Source: an uncultured Chloroflexia bacterium
Lineage (GTDB): Bacteria > Chloroflexota > Chloroflexia > QHBQ01 > JADMIH01
Assembly: GCA_963797095.1 (NCBI GenBank)
Contig: CAWCNY010000002.1
Span: 352,001 to 416,000, forward strand
Direction of reading: 5' to 3'
DNA: 64,000 bases
The notes under the pieces were generated by a model, which worked only from the letters and a program-made list of their open reading frames with translations, was not told where the DNA came from and searched no databases. This document shows positions 9,931 to 18,688 of the stretch, one piece after another. The position numbers and the translations under genes were made by a program. How positions within the stretch are numbered: position 1 is the first letter of the stretch; every line of letters begins with the position of its first letter.

Positions 9931-11208
9931 TCACACGTTGCCGTCTTGCCTGCTGTTGTCGTCTATTGCTTGGGCATCGAGGTCGTCGGCGTCGTTGGAT
10001 AGTTTCGGAGTGTCGGCCAGGTCTTCGCCCGGTAGGGAGGGCGAGGAGGCCGATTCGATGCCGGTGTTGTCGTCTGCGCTGCCCATGCTGGTGCTGTTAT
10101 ACGCACCACCGGAGACCATGCCTCCGCCTGTGGCGAAATCGTCTGCCCGGTCGCTCATTGGTGGTGTAGGGCTAGCGCCCGCGTCTGTTGTGCCTGAGCC
10201 TGAGGCGGCCGGTGGCATGCCTGCTCTGCCAGAAGATGGCTTAGGCATATCCGGGGCCGGTGGAGGGGCGGTCATTCCTCCTGATTGCGCGCCTTCCTGA
10301 TTGGACCAGGGTGAGGGCGCTGAGGGCCACTGGTCGATGGGTGGCACCTCGTCCATGCGTCCCACCTGGCTTGAGGCTTCGGCTCGCGGTGTCTCAGGCT
10401 TGTCCTGCGCCGTGCCCATGCCGGTTGCACCGCCGCTCATATCACCTGCGCCCGTGCCCTGGACTCGTGCCATATCGCCGCCTGTCTGCGGTGGCATAGG
10501 CATGGTGGGCGTGCCTGTGGGTGATGTGCCGATTGTGGAGGGAGGGGCAGGCGGAGCCATGTAGGGCGCGCCTGTGGAGGGTGTTTCGGCTGACGGCGGG
10601 GCCATAGGAGGAGGGGGCGGGGCCATACTCTGGTTGAGATCGCTCATCATACTGTTGTATTCGTCCTGGGGCAGGCCGCGCCCTGTGCTGATGAAGTCCT
10701 GGCGCTGGTTGAGGCGCAGGTTTAGCTCATCGACCTCGCCGGAGAGGCGGTTGAGCGCCGCAGGCACGTCGCCCTTGTCGGTGTCCATCACAGCAGATTC
10801 GAGCGCGCTTATGGCCGACGAAACTTGATCGACGCCCGCTGTAAGGGCCATATCGAATGCATAGAGTTGATCCAGGTCTTGTTCTTCGACCTTTACGGGG
10901 TCGAAAAGGCCGGTGTAGCCGTAGGTGGCGGTGTTGAGTTTGTCGATAAATCGCTGGAGCACTCCCGCGATCCTGTCCACTTCAGCAATATATTCAAGGT
11001 TCTTGCCGCGAACCATCCCCTGCTGCACGCGGGTGAGGCGGGCGCGCCCCTCTGAGTACTGGTGCGCCAGGTATGTGCGGAGCAATTTGTCCGCGTCTCT
11101 CCGCCGCTCGCGCTCCATATACCCGTTGAAGCCGGGTATGATGCCCGCGATCTTGTGGAGAAAATCGTTGGGCTTGTCACCCATCACCCTGTTGCGAATA
11201 TCCATCAT
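9931..11208 (-). CDS. Hypothetical protein: helical N-terminal domain plus long Pro/Gly/Asp-rich disordered tail
   Basis: AGGAGG precedes ATG ATG at 11208/11205. The first ~190 aa look globular (IPGFNGYMERERRRDADKLLR..ATYGYTGLFDPVKV..LDQLYAFD); the remainder is low-complexity. Confidence 0.75.
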   Translation of the reverse strand: MMDIRNRVMGDKPNDFLHKIAGIIPGFNGYMERERRRDADKLLRTYLAHQYSEGRARLTRVQQGMVRGKNLEYIAEVDRIAGVLQRFIDKLNTATYGYTGLFDPVKVEEQDLDQLYAFDMALTAGVDQVSSAISALESAVMDTDKGDVPAALNRLSGEVDELNLRLNQRQDFISTGRGLPQDEYNSMMSDLNQSMAPPPPPMAPPSAETPSTGAPYMAPPAPPSTIGTSPTGTPTMPMPPQTGGDMARVQGTGAGDMSGGATGMGTAQDKPETPRAEASSQVGRMDEVPPIDQWPSAPSPWSNQEGAQSGGMTAPPPAPDMPKPSSGRAGMPPAASGSGTTDAGASPTPPMSDRADDFATGGGMVSGGAYNSTSMGSADDNTGIESASSPSLPGEDLADTPKLSNDADDLDAQAIDDNSRQDGNV

Positions 11209-11393
11209 GACCTCCTGTTCGAGTTTCCAGTGCCGCGCAACGTGCTTTGCGTAGTACATTATGCGTTACTGTAGCTCGTAAACGCATTTCGCACTCCGCG
11301 TTAAGCTCGATATGTTAGTTAATCTACGCGGAGGGCGCAGTCCGATAGCAATTATACATATATGCCCCCGTGATAGCTACATCCATAATCCTT

Positions 11394-11420
11394 TACGAAA
11401 CGGAAATGCAATTGGTTGCA
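11394..11420 (-). promoter_or_regulatory. Candidate ECF-sigma promoter TGCAAC-N17-CGTA
   Basis: Minus strand reads TGCAAC CAATTGCATTTCCGTTT CGTA, upstream of the hypothetical-pspA-SPFH genes. Confidence 0.4.
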
Positions 11421-11533
11421 TTTTGACCGGCTTTGCTACCGTGTGGAGGGGGGAATAAGGGGCAACTCCCGCCACCCTAAGGCTTTCAACGGCAGGTTTT
11501 TCATTAGGACCCACTGGTGAGTGCAGGCTAACA

Positions 11534-11726
11534 CCCCTCGCCCCCGGCCCCTCTCCCCATAAAATGGGGAGAGGGGTCTAAAAAGAAGAAGTAGAGTTAG
11601 GGGGACACCCCAAACCCCCTGTGAGGGGAGTACCCCTGCACCCCCTTCTGAGTTGGGTAGCAGAAGTAGAACCCCTCACCCCCTGCCCCGCCTCCTTCAT
11701 CGGCACCCCGCGTTCGGGGAGAGGGG
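11534..11726. repeat. Nest of GC-rich REP-like hairpins and a GGGGACACCCC..CCCCTGCACCCC element
   Basis: CCCCTC..CTCTCCC..GGGAGAGGGG-type hairpins at 11534-11576 and 11672-11726; a ~55-bp element at 11600-11655 recurs at 12900-12954. Confidence 0.6.
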
Positions 11727-11734
11727 AGTTAATC

Positions 11735-12876
11735 ACTCACCTTACGCAGCCAGGCGAACAGGTTGAAGTTGGCGGAAGGTATCAAAGGCAACCTGCATGG
11801 CACGCAAGTAGATAGTGCTCTTTAGAGCAAAGTGGTTGAGATGATTGGACAGCTTCAACAATTCGAGCTTGACGTACCCACACAAAGAGGCAAACAAATG
11901 GTTGGTCTGGGTGCACACTGTGTGAGTTGGCGAGCGTTCCAAAGAAGCATTCTGCTTCAGCGACTTGTGATACTCTTCCACGTTCCACCGTCTCTGGTAG
12001 ATTGTGGTGATTTGGTCGAAGGTGCATGTCACATCCGAGCACACCAGATACTGGGTGATTTGACCACCATCTTCGTTTGCGAAGAGTTGCTTGACCAATA
12101 TCAAGGGGAAGTCTATCCCTTCAAGATAGACCGTCCGCACCTCACCCGTCTCCAGCGGCACACTGTCCACACGCATGTACCGACCCTGTCGTTTGTCTCC
12201 CTCGGTAAAGGCCACCTTGCGGTTGGTCTTGAGAGGCATGATGAAATCCCCCTCCAATTCGACTTTGACGAAGCGCATATTGTCCGCCGAGGCATACCAC
12301 ACGTCATTGAGCACGAAGTTGAGTACGAAGCGGAACAACACTTGGTTGTGCTTGGCTTGCCGCAACAACGCCTGATAGTGCTCGTTCTTACTGACCGGAT
12401 CACGCCGCTTGGTTTTGCCGTCTTTAGGGTCCACATACTGCTCGGTCTTTCTTACCAACCGAAAACCCACGGGCAGCGACACCTCCAACTCAGGCACATG
12501 GTACAAGGCCGAGAGGAAGTTTATCCCCTTGACCGTTGTGCCTTTGGAGTGGTCATAGTGCCAGGCGATGATGTCGTTCTCATCTGTGTACGGCTTCTCC
12601 GAGATGGAGTCGTCCACGATGATGCACCCATCTTCTTGCTCAACGGCTCGCACATGAGGCTTGACAAAATGCCACAGGTCAGCAGAGGTGAACTCTCCCT
12701 TGGAGAGGAAGCGTTGAATGGGGTCATGGCTCACGCTTCCACTCAGCAATGCGCTCAAGCCCGTGCCGGTGGTCAGACCGAAAGAGCTTATCAGGTAGTC
12801 AGTGTACAGATCAAGCAGTTCTTTGTTCGTCATCCCTTTAGTCTACCATTCAACACTTCGGCTGCGTAAGGTGAGT
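11735..12876 (-). mobile_element. Complete insertion sequence, IS701-like (DDE)
   Basis: Perfect 17-bp terminal inverted repeats ACTCACCTTACGCAGCC (11735-11751) and GGCTGCGTAAGGTGAGT (12860-12876) enclose one transposase. No clean target-site duplication (taatc versus taatt). Confidence 0.85.
11742..12833 (-). CDS. IS701-family DDE transposase
   Basis: Motifs SHD..QRFL, IIVDDSISEKPY (D1), VLNDVWY (D2), YQRRWNVEEYHKSLKQ (YREK/E). The stop codon lies inside the terminal IR. Confidence 0.88.
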   Translation of the reverse strand: MTNKELLDLYTDYLISSFGLTTGTGLSALLSGSVSHDPIQRFLSKGEFTSADLWHFVKPHVRAVEQEDGCIIVDDSISEKPYTDENDIIAWHYDHSKGTTVKGINFLSALYHVPELEVSLPVGFRLVRKTEQYVDPKDGKTKRRDPVSKNEHYQALLRQAKHNQVLFRFVLNFVLNDVWYASADNMRFVKVELEGDFIMPLKTNRKVAFTEGDKRQGRYMRVDSVPLETGEVRTVYLEGIDFPLILVKQLFANEDGGQITQYLVCSDVTCTFDQITTIYQRRWNVEEYHKSLKQNASLERSPTHTVCTQTNHLFASLCGYVKLELLKLSNHLNHFALKSTIYLRAMQVAFDTFRQLQPVRLAA

Positions 12877-12899
12877 TAATTAATGGAAAGGAGAGAGTT

Positions 12900-12954
12900 G
12901 GGGGGACACCCCCAAACCCCCGGCAGGGGAGTACCCCTGCACCCCTTTTAGTTG
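12900..12954 (+). repeat. Second copy of the ~55-bp GGGGACACCCC..GGGGAGTACCCCTGCACCCC element
   Basis: Direct repeat of 11600-11655 on the other side of the IS. Confidence 0.6.
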
Positions 12955-13020
12955 AGCAGTGGGGAACACCACCTTTGGTAAGGGGTTAGGCTGCAATTGA
13001 AGGCATTGCGAGCATCTGCG

Positions 13021-13047
13021 GTGGGGCGAGTCATGACTCGCCCTTAC
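13021..13047. repeat. GTAG-class REP-like palindrome
   Basis: GTGGGGCGAGTCATGACTCGCCCTTAC, directly downstream of the DUF2207 gene. Confidence 0.5.
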
Positions 13048-13067
13048 AAGCGAAGTTGAATGCTCCC

Positions 13068-15065
13068 TCAGTCGGCTCCACCGCCGCCGCCACCACCGCC
13101 TCCGCCGCCGAAGCCGCCGCCACCACCGCCCCAGCCGCCTCCGCCACCGGAGCCGCTGCTGCTGGGCGTGCTGGTGAGCACGTTGGAGGCAGAGTTGATC
13201 ATGGAGGTGAAGCTATCGGAGAGGCCCTGGATCGCGCCTCCTATGGAGTTGCTCATCCCCTGCATTGCCCCGCCGACATCTAAGCCACCTCCACCTCCGA
13301 CAGGTGCGGTTGGCGTGCCGCCTCCCGTTGAACCCTGGTTCGCACCGCCGTAGTACGGGACCCAACCGTAGGGAATGTAGTAGGTGGGCATGGGCATAGC
13401 GTTGGCTGGCACGCTGTTGAACTGGCTGATGTACTGGCGGTCAACGCCGAGGGCCACAGCGTAGGGTAGGTATTGTTGGAACTTCTGGGCTGCTACTTGC
13501 ACGTTACCTTGCGTGTACTGCTGGATGCTTTGCAGATAGCGCTGGAATGCCCTCCACTTCTCGGCTTCTTCGGAGCCGAAGTCAGTCTTGCGGGGCATGA
13601 CCCTCGCCATCATTATTCGCACCACGCCCACCAGGCCAAGACCGAAGGCAGGCACGGCCAGCATCTGGCTGTAGGCATCGCCGAAGGTGAGCCACAGGAC
13701 GCCCACTATTATGCCAAGAATGATGATGCCGACGCCAATGCCCCTGTGGCGCGCTCGCACGGTCTCAGGGTTTTCGGGGAAGTACTTCAGCCTTACCATC
13801 TCTCTGTACATGCTGCTGTATATAGGCGGGAGGCTGGAATAGAAGCTGTTCTTGAGGTCGGAGAGGTTGATAGACTGGCCTTTCTTGAAGAGGGCGTTGA
13901 GGACCAGGCGCTCGAAGTCGTACTGGGTGTTGTTGCCTGTCTGGGTGTATGTGAAGTCTTTGTTGCCGCCGAAGCCGAGGAACCCGGCAGACTGGGTTTC
14001 AGCAATTGTCAGATTGCCCTTCTTGCCCATATCTACGATAGTGGCAATCACATCGCGCACGTCGGCGGACTCGTCGAGGAGGGTGCCCACCAGGCCGGGT
14101 GGCAGGTCGCTGGGGGGGTCGGCCAGGTAATCGATGGGGAGCTTGACGGGCTTATCGCGACCGGCAGTGTACCAGTGCCTGATGGTCAACAGGATGCCGC
14201 CTATGGTTATGAGTAGGCCGAGCAAAAGGACGCCCAACTCAACGAAGGGGCGTATGGTGCTGTCATATTGGGCCTGCCTCTGGCGGGCAGCCTCGGCGTC
14301 TTTCTCTTGCTGGTCCACTCTTTCCTGCCAGGAAGGCTTGACAGGGGAGAGTATGCCCTTGGGTATTTGCGCGCCGATCTCGAAACCGGCGCTCAGGCTG
14401 TTGTTGGCGGTCCATATGATCTTGTTGTCGACCTGGCGCACCTCGGCGCTGTTGGGGGATTGGTTGGTCTTCCAGCCCGCGGTGCTGGTGGCGCTTGGGA
14501 AGGTTACTTCGGCCCTGCTGGCGTAGACAGGTGCTTGCCAGCCGGGAGGCACGGCGTACCAGTCGAACTCGTCGCGGTCGTCATAGACGCGGATCGCGCC
14601 TGAGGCGTGGTAGGAGACGCGGAAAGTGCGGGTGGCATGCGAGGTGTCGCCGAATATCCAGCGTATCCTCAGGAGGGAGCCGGTGTTTTCGGTGCCGTAG
14701 GTTTGAGATGCAGCAGAGTCGGCGTCGTCATCGCCGTTGAACGCCGTTTGCTTGTAAGGGATGTAGGTGTTGCCTTTAACCTCGTCTACTTTTACACCGC
14801 TTATGCCATCTACTTTGTCGAGGTCTATTTCTCGCAGTCCCCGCTTGAATGTACCGCTCTCGAAGACGTAGGTGAGGAACTCTTGCACGTCGAGGGAGCC
14901 ATCATCGTTGACGGTGATGTCTGAGTCGTAGCGGTCCATGTGATACTGCTTCTCCTGGGCATAAGCGCGTGCAGGAGCGCCGAGCACCGCCAACGCGGGC
15001 AGGACGATGGCTCCCAGCAGGAGAAGTAAGAGGGGAATTGAAAATCGCTTCCTGAAACTAAACAT
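13068..15065 (-). CDS. DUF2207 (YciQ-like) membrane protein
   Basis: Signal peptide; YDSDITVNDDGSLDVQE beta-rich ectodomain; PP..LPPGLVGTLLDE..IATIVDM..KG; EKWRAFQRYL, YLPYAVALGV; Gly-rich C-terminus. Confidence 0.88.
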   Translation of the reverse strand: MFSFRKRFSIPLLLLLLGAIVLPALAVLGAPARAYAQEKQYHMDRYDSDITVNDDGSLDVQEFLTYVFESGTFKRGLREIDLDKVDGISGVKVDEVKGNTYIPYKQTAFNGDDDADSAASQTYGTENTGSLLRIRWIFGDTSHATRTFRVSYHASGAIRVYDDRDEFDWYAVPPGWQAPVYASRAEVTFPSATSTAGWKTNQSPNSAEVRQVDNKIIWTANNSLSAGFEIGAQIPKGILSPVKPSWQERVDQQEKDAEAARQRQAQYDSTIRPFVELGVLLLGLLITIGGILLTIRHWYTAGRDKPVKLPIDYLADPPSDLPPGLVGTLLDESADVRDVIATIVDMGKKGNLTIAETQSAGFLGFGGNKDFTYTQTGNNTQYDFERLVLNALFKKGQSINLSDLKNSFYSSLPPIYSSMYREMVRLKYFPENPETVRARHRGIGVGIIILGIIVGVLWLTFGDAYSQMLAVPAFGLGLVGVVRIMMARVMPRKTDFGSEEAEKWRAFQRYLQSIQQYTQGNVQVAAQKFQQYLPYAVALGVDRQYISQFNSVPANAMPMPTYYIPYGWVPYYGGANQGSTGGGTPTAPVGGGGGLDVGGAMQGMSNSIGGAIQGLSDSFTSMINSASNVLTSTPSSSGSGGGGGWGGGGGGFGGGGGGGGGGGAD

Positions 15066-15154
15066 TACACACCCTCTCTATTGAAACGAATGTAAGTGAA
15101 ATACCTGAGAAACGCCCCAGGGATCGGGATCACCGCATCGCGAACGCGTTAGCG

Positions 15155-15799
15155 TTAGCTCTGGGCGGGTGGGGTGGGCTGCGACGGCGGTGCTGCGGGC
15201 GGCGTGGGTGGGGGAGGCGGTTGCGATGGGGAAGGGACCGGCTGCGTGGGTGGGGCCGGGGTGGCGGTTTGGGCCGACTTGGGGATGAAGAACTCAGCAC
15301 CGCAATACTCGCACCGGATCACTCCTTTGCCGCCCACGACCTGTGGAGCGCCGCAGTTGGGGCATTTGCCCGTGATCACCGCCTGGTTGATAACGGCAGC
15401 GTCAGCCGAGACGAGCTTGCCGCCCTTCCAGTCTACATATCCGGTAAAGAGACCTTTGCCGACGAGGTCGTACAGGGCGTTCTTCACCTGGTCCAGGGTC
15501 ATGCCGGTTTCAAGGGCGACGTTGCCGAGCTGCACGGTGCCCTGGGTGGCGACCATGTTAAGTATCTTCTTCTGCTTCTCTACTTCAGCGAATTGGCCGG
15601 CTTCGGTCCTGCCTTGCATTGTGAACCATACACCAAAGCCTGCTATTACAGCGGCGGGTACAACACAGAAAGCGATTCCGAGGGTCTTGGCAGCGGAGTC
15701 GGTGGCTGTGTTGGTGGCGAAATAGGCTATACCAAGTACGGCAACGAGCACGCCTATGCCGATCAAAATCATGCCAATGGTACGTCCAGAGCCGATCAT
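15155..15799 (-). CDS. Membrane protein: 2 TM, PCI-like winged helix, C4 zinc ribbon, Pro-rich tail
   Basis: Two N-terminal hydrophobic helices; ILNMVATQGTVQLGNVALETGMTLDQVKNALYDLVGKGLFTGYVD; CPNCG..CEYCG; RBS GGAGGT. Confidence 0.75.
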   Translation of the reverse strand: MIGSGRTIGMILIGIGVLVAVLGIAYFATNTATDSAAKTLGIAFCVVPAAVIAGFGVWFTMQGRTEAGQFAEVEKQKKILNMVATQGTVQLGNVALETGMTLDQVKNALYDLVGKGLFTGYVDWKGGKLVSADAAVINQAVITGKCPNCGAPQVVGGKGVIRCEYCGAEFFIPKSAQTATPAPPTQPVPSPSQPPPPPTPPAAPPSQPTPPAQS

Positions 15800-15871
15800 G
15801 CTTACTCACCTCCAAAAGGATGGTCAATCAAGGGGGTCGTCCCTCAGGATAGCGTATCAGAGCTACTCGTA

Positions 15872-15899
15872 TATACGCACGCGTTCTGCCCCGGTTTCG
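15872..15899 (-). promoter_or_regulatory. SigW-like ECF promoter CGAAAC-N16-CGTATA
   Basis: Minus strand GAAAC (15898-15894), 16-bp spacer, CGTA (15877-15874), about 75 bp upstream of the start at 15799. Confidence 0.55.
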
Positions 15900-15983
15900 C
15901 ACGCACAAAACGGACCCTGGATGGGGAGAAAGCGTACGAGGCAACTATACACTATGGACGCGGGAAATGTCTATTTTGGAAAT

Positions 15984-17423
15984 CTAGCTGTGCTTTTTGC
16001 CCAGGCCCTGGCGCTGTCTGCGGGGTTGGTCTTGCTTGAAGGCGGCCCAGGGGTCGTTGCTCCACTCTAGCTCGGTCTGGCCTATCATTACGGTGTCTTC
16101 GGACTCTATGCCTTCGTCGCGCAGGGCCTGGGTGATTTTCATCCTCTCAAGCTCTCGCTGGAGGCGTTCGAGGGCGAAGGGATTGCCCATGTCGGTCATC
16201 GAAACGAGGCGCTCGATGCGCTCGCCGCTCACTCGCCAGCGATGTTTGGTCTCGCGCTTGACTTCGAACTGGGCGGATTCTCCTGCTACATAGCGAGGCC
16301 TGACTCTTACCTCGGCTTCTTCGTCGTCGCCTTCCGGGGTGGGTTCGATCTCCCATTCAGGTTTGGGCAGTTCTCTGAGTTTGGCCGCTACCGCCCGCAA
16401 GAGGTCTTGCACGCCTTCGCCTGTGGCCGCAGAGATGGGGAAGGTTCCGTAACCTAATTCGGCGAATTGTTGCTGAAGGGTGGGGAGCCTGTCGCGCACT
16501 TCCTGCAAGTCGATCTTGTTGATGGCTACTATCTGAGGTTTGGAGGCCAGTTCTGGGTCGTACTGCTTAAGCTCCTCGTTGATGCGGTTGAAGTCCTCGA
16601 TAGGGTTGGTGGTCTGGGCGACGTGCGCGCCCTCGGTGGTGATGTCGCCCCACAGGCCGGCAGAGCCATCAACGACATGCACAAGAAGGCGGGTGCGCTC
16701 GACATGGCGGAGAAATTCGAGGCCAAGCCCGGCGCCGCCGCTTGCGCCCTCGATGAGGCCGGGTATGTCGGCCATAACGAAGGAATCGTCGTCAATGCTC
16801 ACAACGCCTAGCATTGGTTGGAGGGTTGTGAAGGGGTAGTCAGCGATCTTGGGTTGCGCGGCTGTGACCACCGAAAGGAGGGTGGACTTGCCCACGTTTG
16901 GATAGCCTACCAAGCCCACGTCGGCTATCACTTTAAGCTCCATTGTGACCAGCCGCTCTTGTCCAGGCTCGCCTTTCTCGGCGAAGCGTGGGGCCTGGTG
17001 GGTGGAGGTGGCGAAGTGGGTATTGCCGAGGCCGCCACGCCCGCCACGGGCTACAAGGAGGGTTTCGCCGGGTACGAGGAGGTCGGCCTGCACCGCTTCG
17101 GCGGCTGCCCCCGATATGGGCTTCTCGTCGATGACTTCTACGAAGGTGCCTGGTGGCACGTCTATGTAGAGGTCCTGGGCGGCCTTGCCGTGCTTCTGGT
17201 TGCCCCCACCATTGCCGCCATGAGACGCTTTGAAGTGCTGCTTGTAGTGGAACGGCAGGAGGGTGTTGAGGTCGGGATTGACGCGCAGGTAGACGCTGCC
17301 GCCGCGCCCGCCGTCGCCGCCGTCGGGGCCGCCCTTAGGGATGTATTTCTCTCGCCGGAAGGAGGCGCTGCCATTGCCGCCATTTCCGGCTTTTACGTTG
17401 ATTTTTGCTCGATCGTAGAACAT
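15984..17423 (-). CDS. obgE: GTPase ObgE/CgtA with C-terminal DUF1967 domain
   Basis: MFYDRAKINVKAGNGGNG..FRREKY.PKGGPDGGDGGRGG; GYPNVGKST, DIPG, NKID. Start set at 17423 because the longer ORF only translates a repeat array. Confidence 0.95.
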   Translation of the reverse strand: MFYDRAKINVKAGNGGNGSASFRREKYIPKGGPDGGDGGRGGSVYLRVNPDLNTLLPFHYKQHFKASHGGNGGGNQKHGKAAQDLYIDVPPGTFVEVIDEKPISGAAAEAVQADLLVPGETLLVARGGRGGLGNTHFATSTHQAPRFAEKGEPGQERLVTMELKVIADVGLVGYPNVGKSTLLSVVTAAQPKIADYPFTTLQPMLGVVSIDDDSFVMADIPGLIEGASGGAGLGLEFLRHVERTRLLVHVVDGSAGLWGDITTEGAHVAQTTNPIEDFNRINEELKQYDPELASKPQIVAINKIDLQEVRDRLPTLQQQFAELGYGTFPISAATGEGVQDLLRAVAAKLRELPKPEWEIEPTPEGDDEEAEVRVRPRYVAGESAQFEVKRETKHRWRVSGERIERLVSMTDMGNPFALERLQRELERMKITQALRDEGIESEDTVMIGQTELEWSNDPWAAFKQDQPRRQRQGLGKKHS

Positions 17424-17563
17424 GGTAGTCGGTAGTCGGTAGTCGGTAGTCGGAGGACGATAGTTCCTGGTTCCTGGTTCCTGGTTACTCGTCACTTGTC
17501 ACTCGTCACTTGTCACTTGTCACTTGTCACTTGTCACTCGTCACTCGTCACTTGTCACTTGTT
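17424..17563. repeat. Array of 20 tandem heptamers in three motif blocks
   Basis: (GGTAGTC)4 GGAGGAC GATAGTT (CCTGGTT)3 (ACTYGTC)10 ACTTGTT = 140 bp, filling the whole NUDIX-obgE spacer. Confidence 0.85.
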
Positions 17564-18020
17564 ATTCGTTGGGCTCCGGGAATTTGGCTTTGAGCTCTGC
17601 CTGGGCTTTCGTTACTATCTGTTTGTCTTTTTCGTAGGTGAGCAAGTTCTGGACCTCATCTAGGGGAACCCAGCGTGCTTCTGAGACTTCCCAGTTGGGT
17701 TTGCCTAGTTCGTTGCTGGTGGCTTCTATCAGGTAATGGTAGACGGTTTTGTGTATCAGGTTGCCGCTGGGTTTGCGGAAGTAGTATTCGACTTTGCCCA
17801 ATGGATGGAGGATGCGGGCATCCAGGCCGGTTTCCTCCTTGATTTCGCGTATGGCTGTCTGCTCTCTGGTTTCCCCGGCCTCGATGTGGCCTTTGGGGAG
17901 GGACCAATCGTCGTGACGTGCTCGCTGGACGGCCACGATTTGCCAGCCTGTGCCACAGGGATTGGGGCGGAAGACGACGCCGCCTGAGCTGTATTCATCT
18001 TTCGTCTCAGGTCTTTTCAT
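17562..18020 (-). CDS. NUDIX hydrolase (Ap4A hydrolase/MutT-like)
   Basis: Nudix box WSLPKGHIEAGETREQTAIREIKEETGL. Confidence 0.9.
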   Translation of the reverse strand: MKRPETKDEYSSGGVVFRPNPCGTGWQIVAVQRARHDDWSLPKGHIEAGETREQTAIREIKEETGLDARILHPLGKVEYYFRKPSGNLIHKTVYHYLIEATSNELGKPNWEVSEARWVPLDEVQNLLTYEKDKQIVTKAQAELKAKFPEPNE

Positions 18021-18688
18021 GTTGTCTTGCTAGTGTGGTCTTCTAGAAGCATAAGCACTTCGCTCATTTGTGTCCACACGTGGTCCGGAGCCAGCCCGTT
18101 CAGGTTGCCCAGCGTGCCCGCGCCCCAGGTGACCCAGGCCGTTTTCATGCCCGCCGCGTGCCCGGCTTCAATGTCGACGCGTGCATCGCCTACGTATATG
18201 GCTTCGCTTGGCTTGATTGCCAGGCGTTGAGCGGCTACCAGCAGAGGGTCGGGCGAGGGCTTGTGTCTGTCGGAGTCCTCCAACGTCACCAGTGTATCGA
18301 AGTAGGGTGCCAGGTCGAACAGATTCAGCCCTTCCAGCGCCGTCCGCAATCGCTTGGCGGTGACCACGCCCAGCATCAGCCCTGCTGCTTTGAGAGCCGA
18401 GAGGGTTTCTTTTGTGCCCGCCACCATCGTCACCATGATGTCGTGCGTCTCGCGCTGGTGTGCCCGGTATACCTGATATAGCTCCTCGCTTCTGCCGGGG
18501 GCGATCTCCTCGAATGCATCATACAATGTTCGCCCCAATGTAGGCAGGATTTCCTCTCGTGTCAACTCGCGGCCAAGACATGTGCGAACCGTGTGCTGCC
18601 AGCAGTCTACAATGTGGTCAACCGAGTTTATGAGGGTGCCGTCGAGGTCGAACAGCACCGCTTTTAGCTTATCCCGGTCACTTTGCAT
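18017..18688 (-). CDS. HAD-IA hydrolase (PpaX / phosphoglycolate phosphatase-like)
   Basis: Motifs LFDLDGTL, VVTAK, KPSPDP, YVGDA..DIEAG. Confidence 0.9.
   Translation of the reverse strand: MQSDRDKLKAVLFDLDGTLINSVDHIVDCWQHTVRTCLGRELTREEILPTLGRTLYDAFEEIAPGRSEELYQVYRAHQRETHDIMVTMVAGTKETLSALKAAGLMLGVVTAKRLRTALEGLNLFDLAPYFDTLVTLEDSDRHKPSPDPLLVAAQRLAIKPSEAIYVGDARVDIEAGHAAGMKTAWVTWGAGTLGNLNGLAPDHVWTQMSEVLMLLEDHTSKTT

Noticed and set aside
11832-12869. 345-aa plus-strand ORF, and other long antisense ORFs such as 6709-7875, 8160-8981 and 44568-45398
   Set aside because: These are shadows of well-supported genes on the opposite strand in GC-rich DNA and carry no recognisable motifs.
17424-17495. 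24-aa N-terminal extension of ObgE in the ORF track
   Set aside because: It is only the translation of the heptamer array; the conserved protein begins at MFYD (17423).
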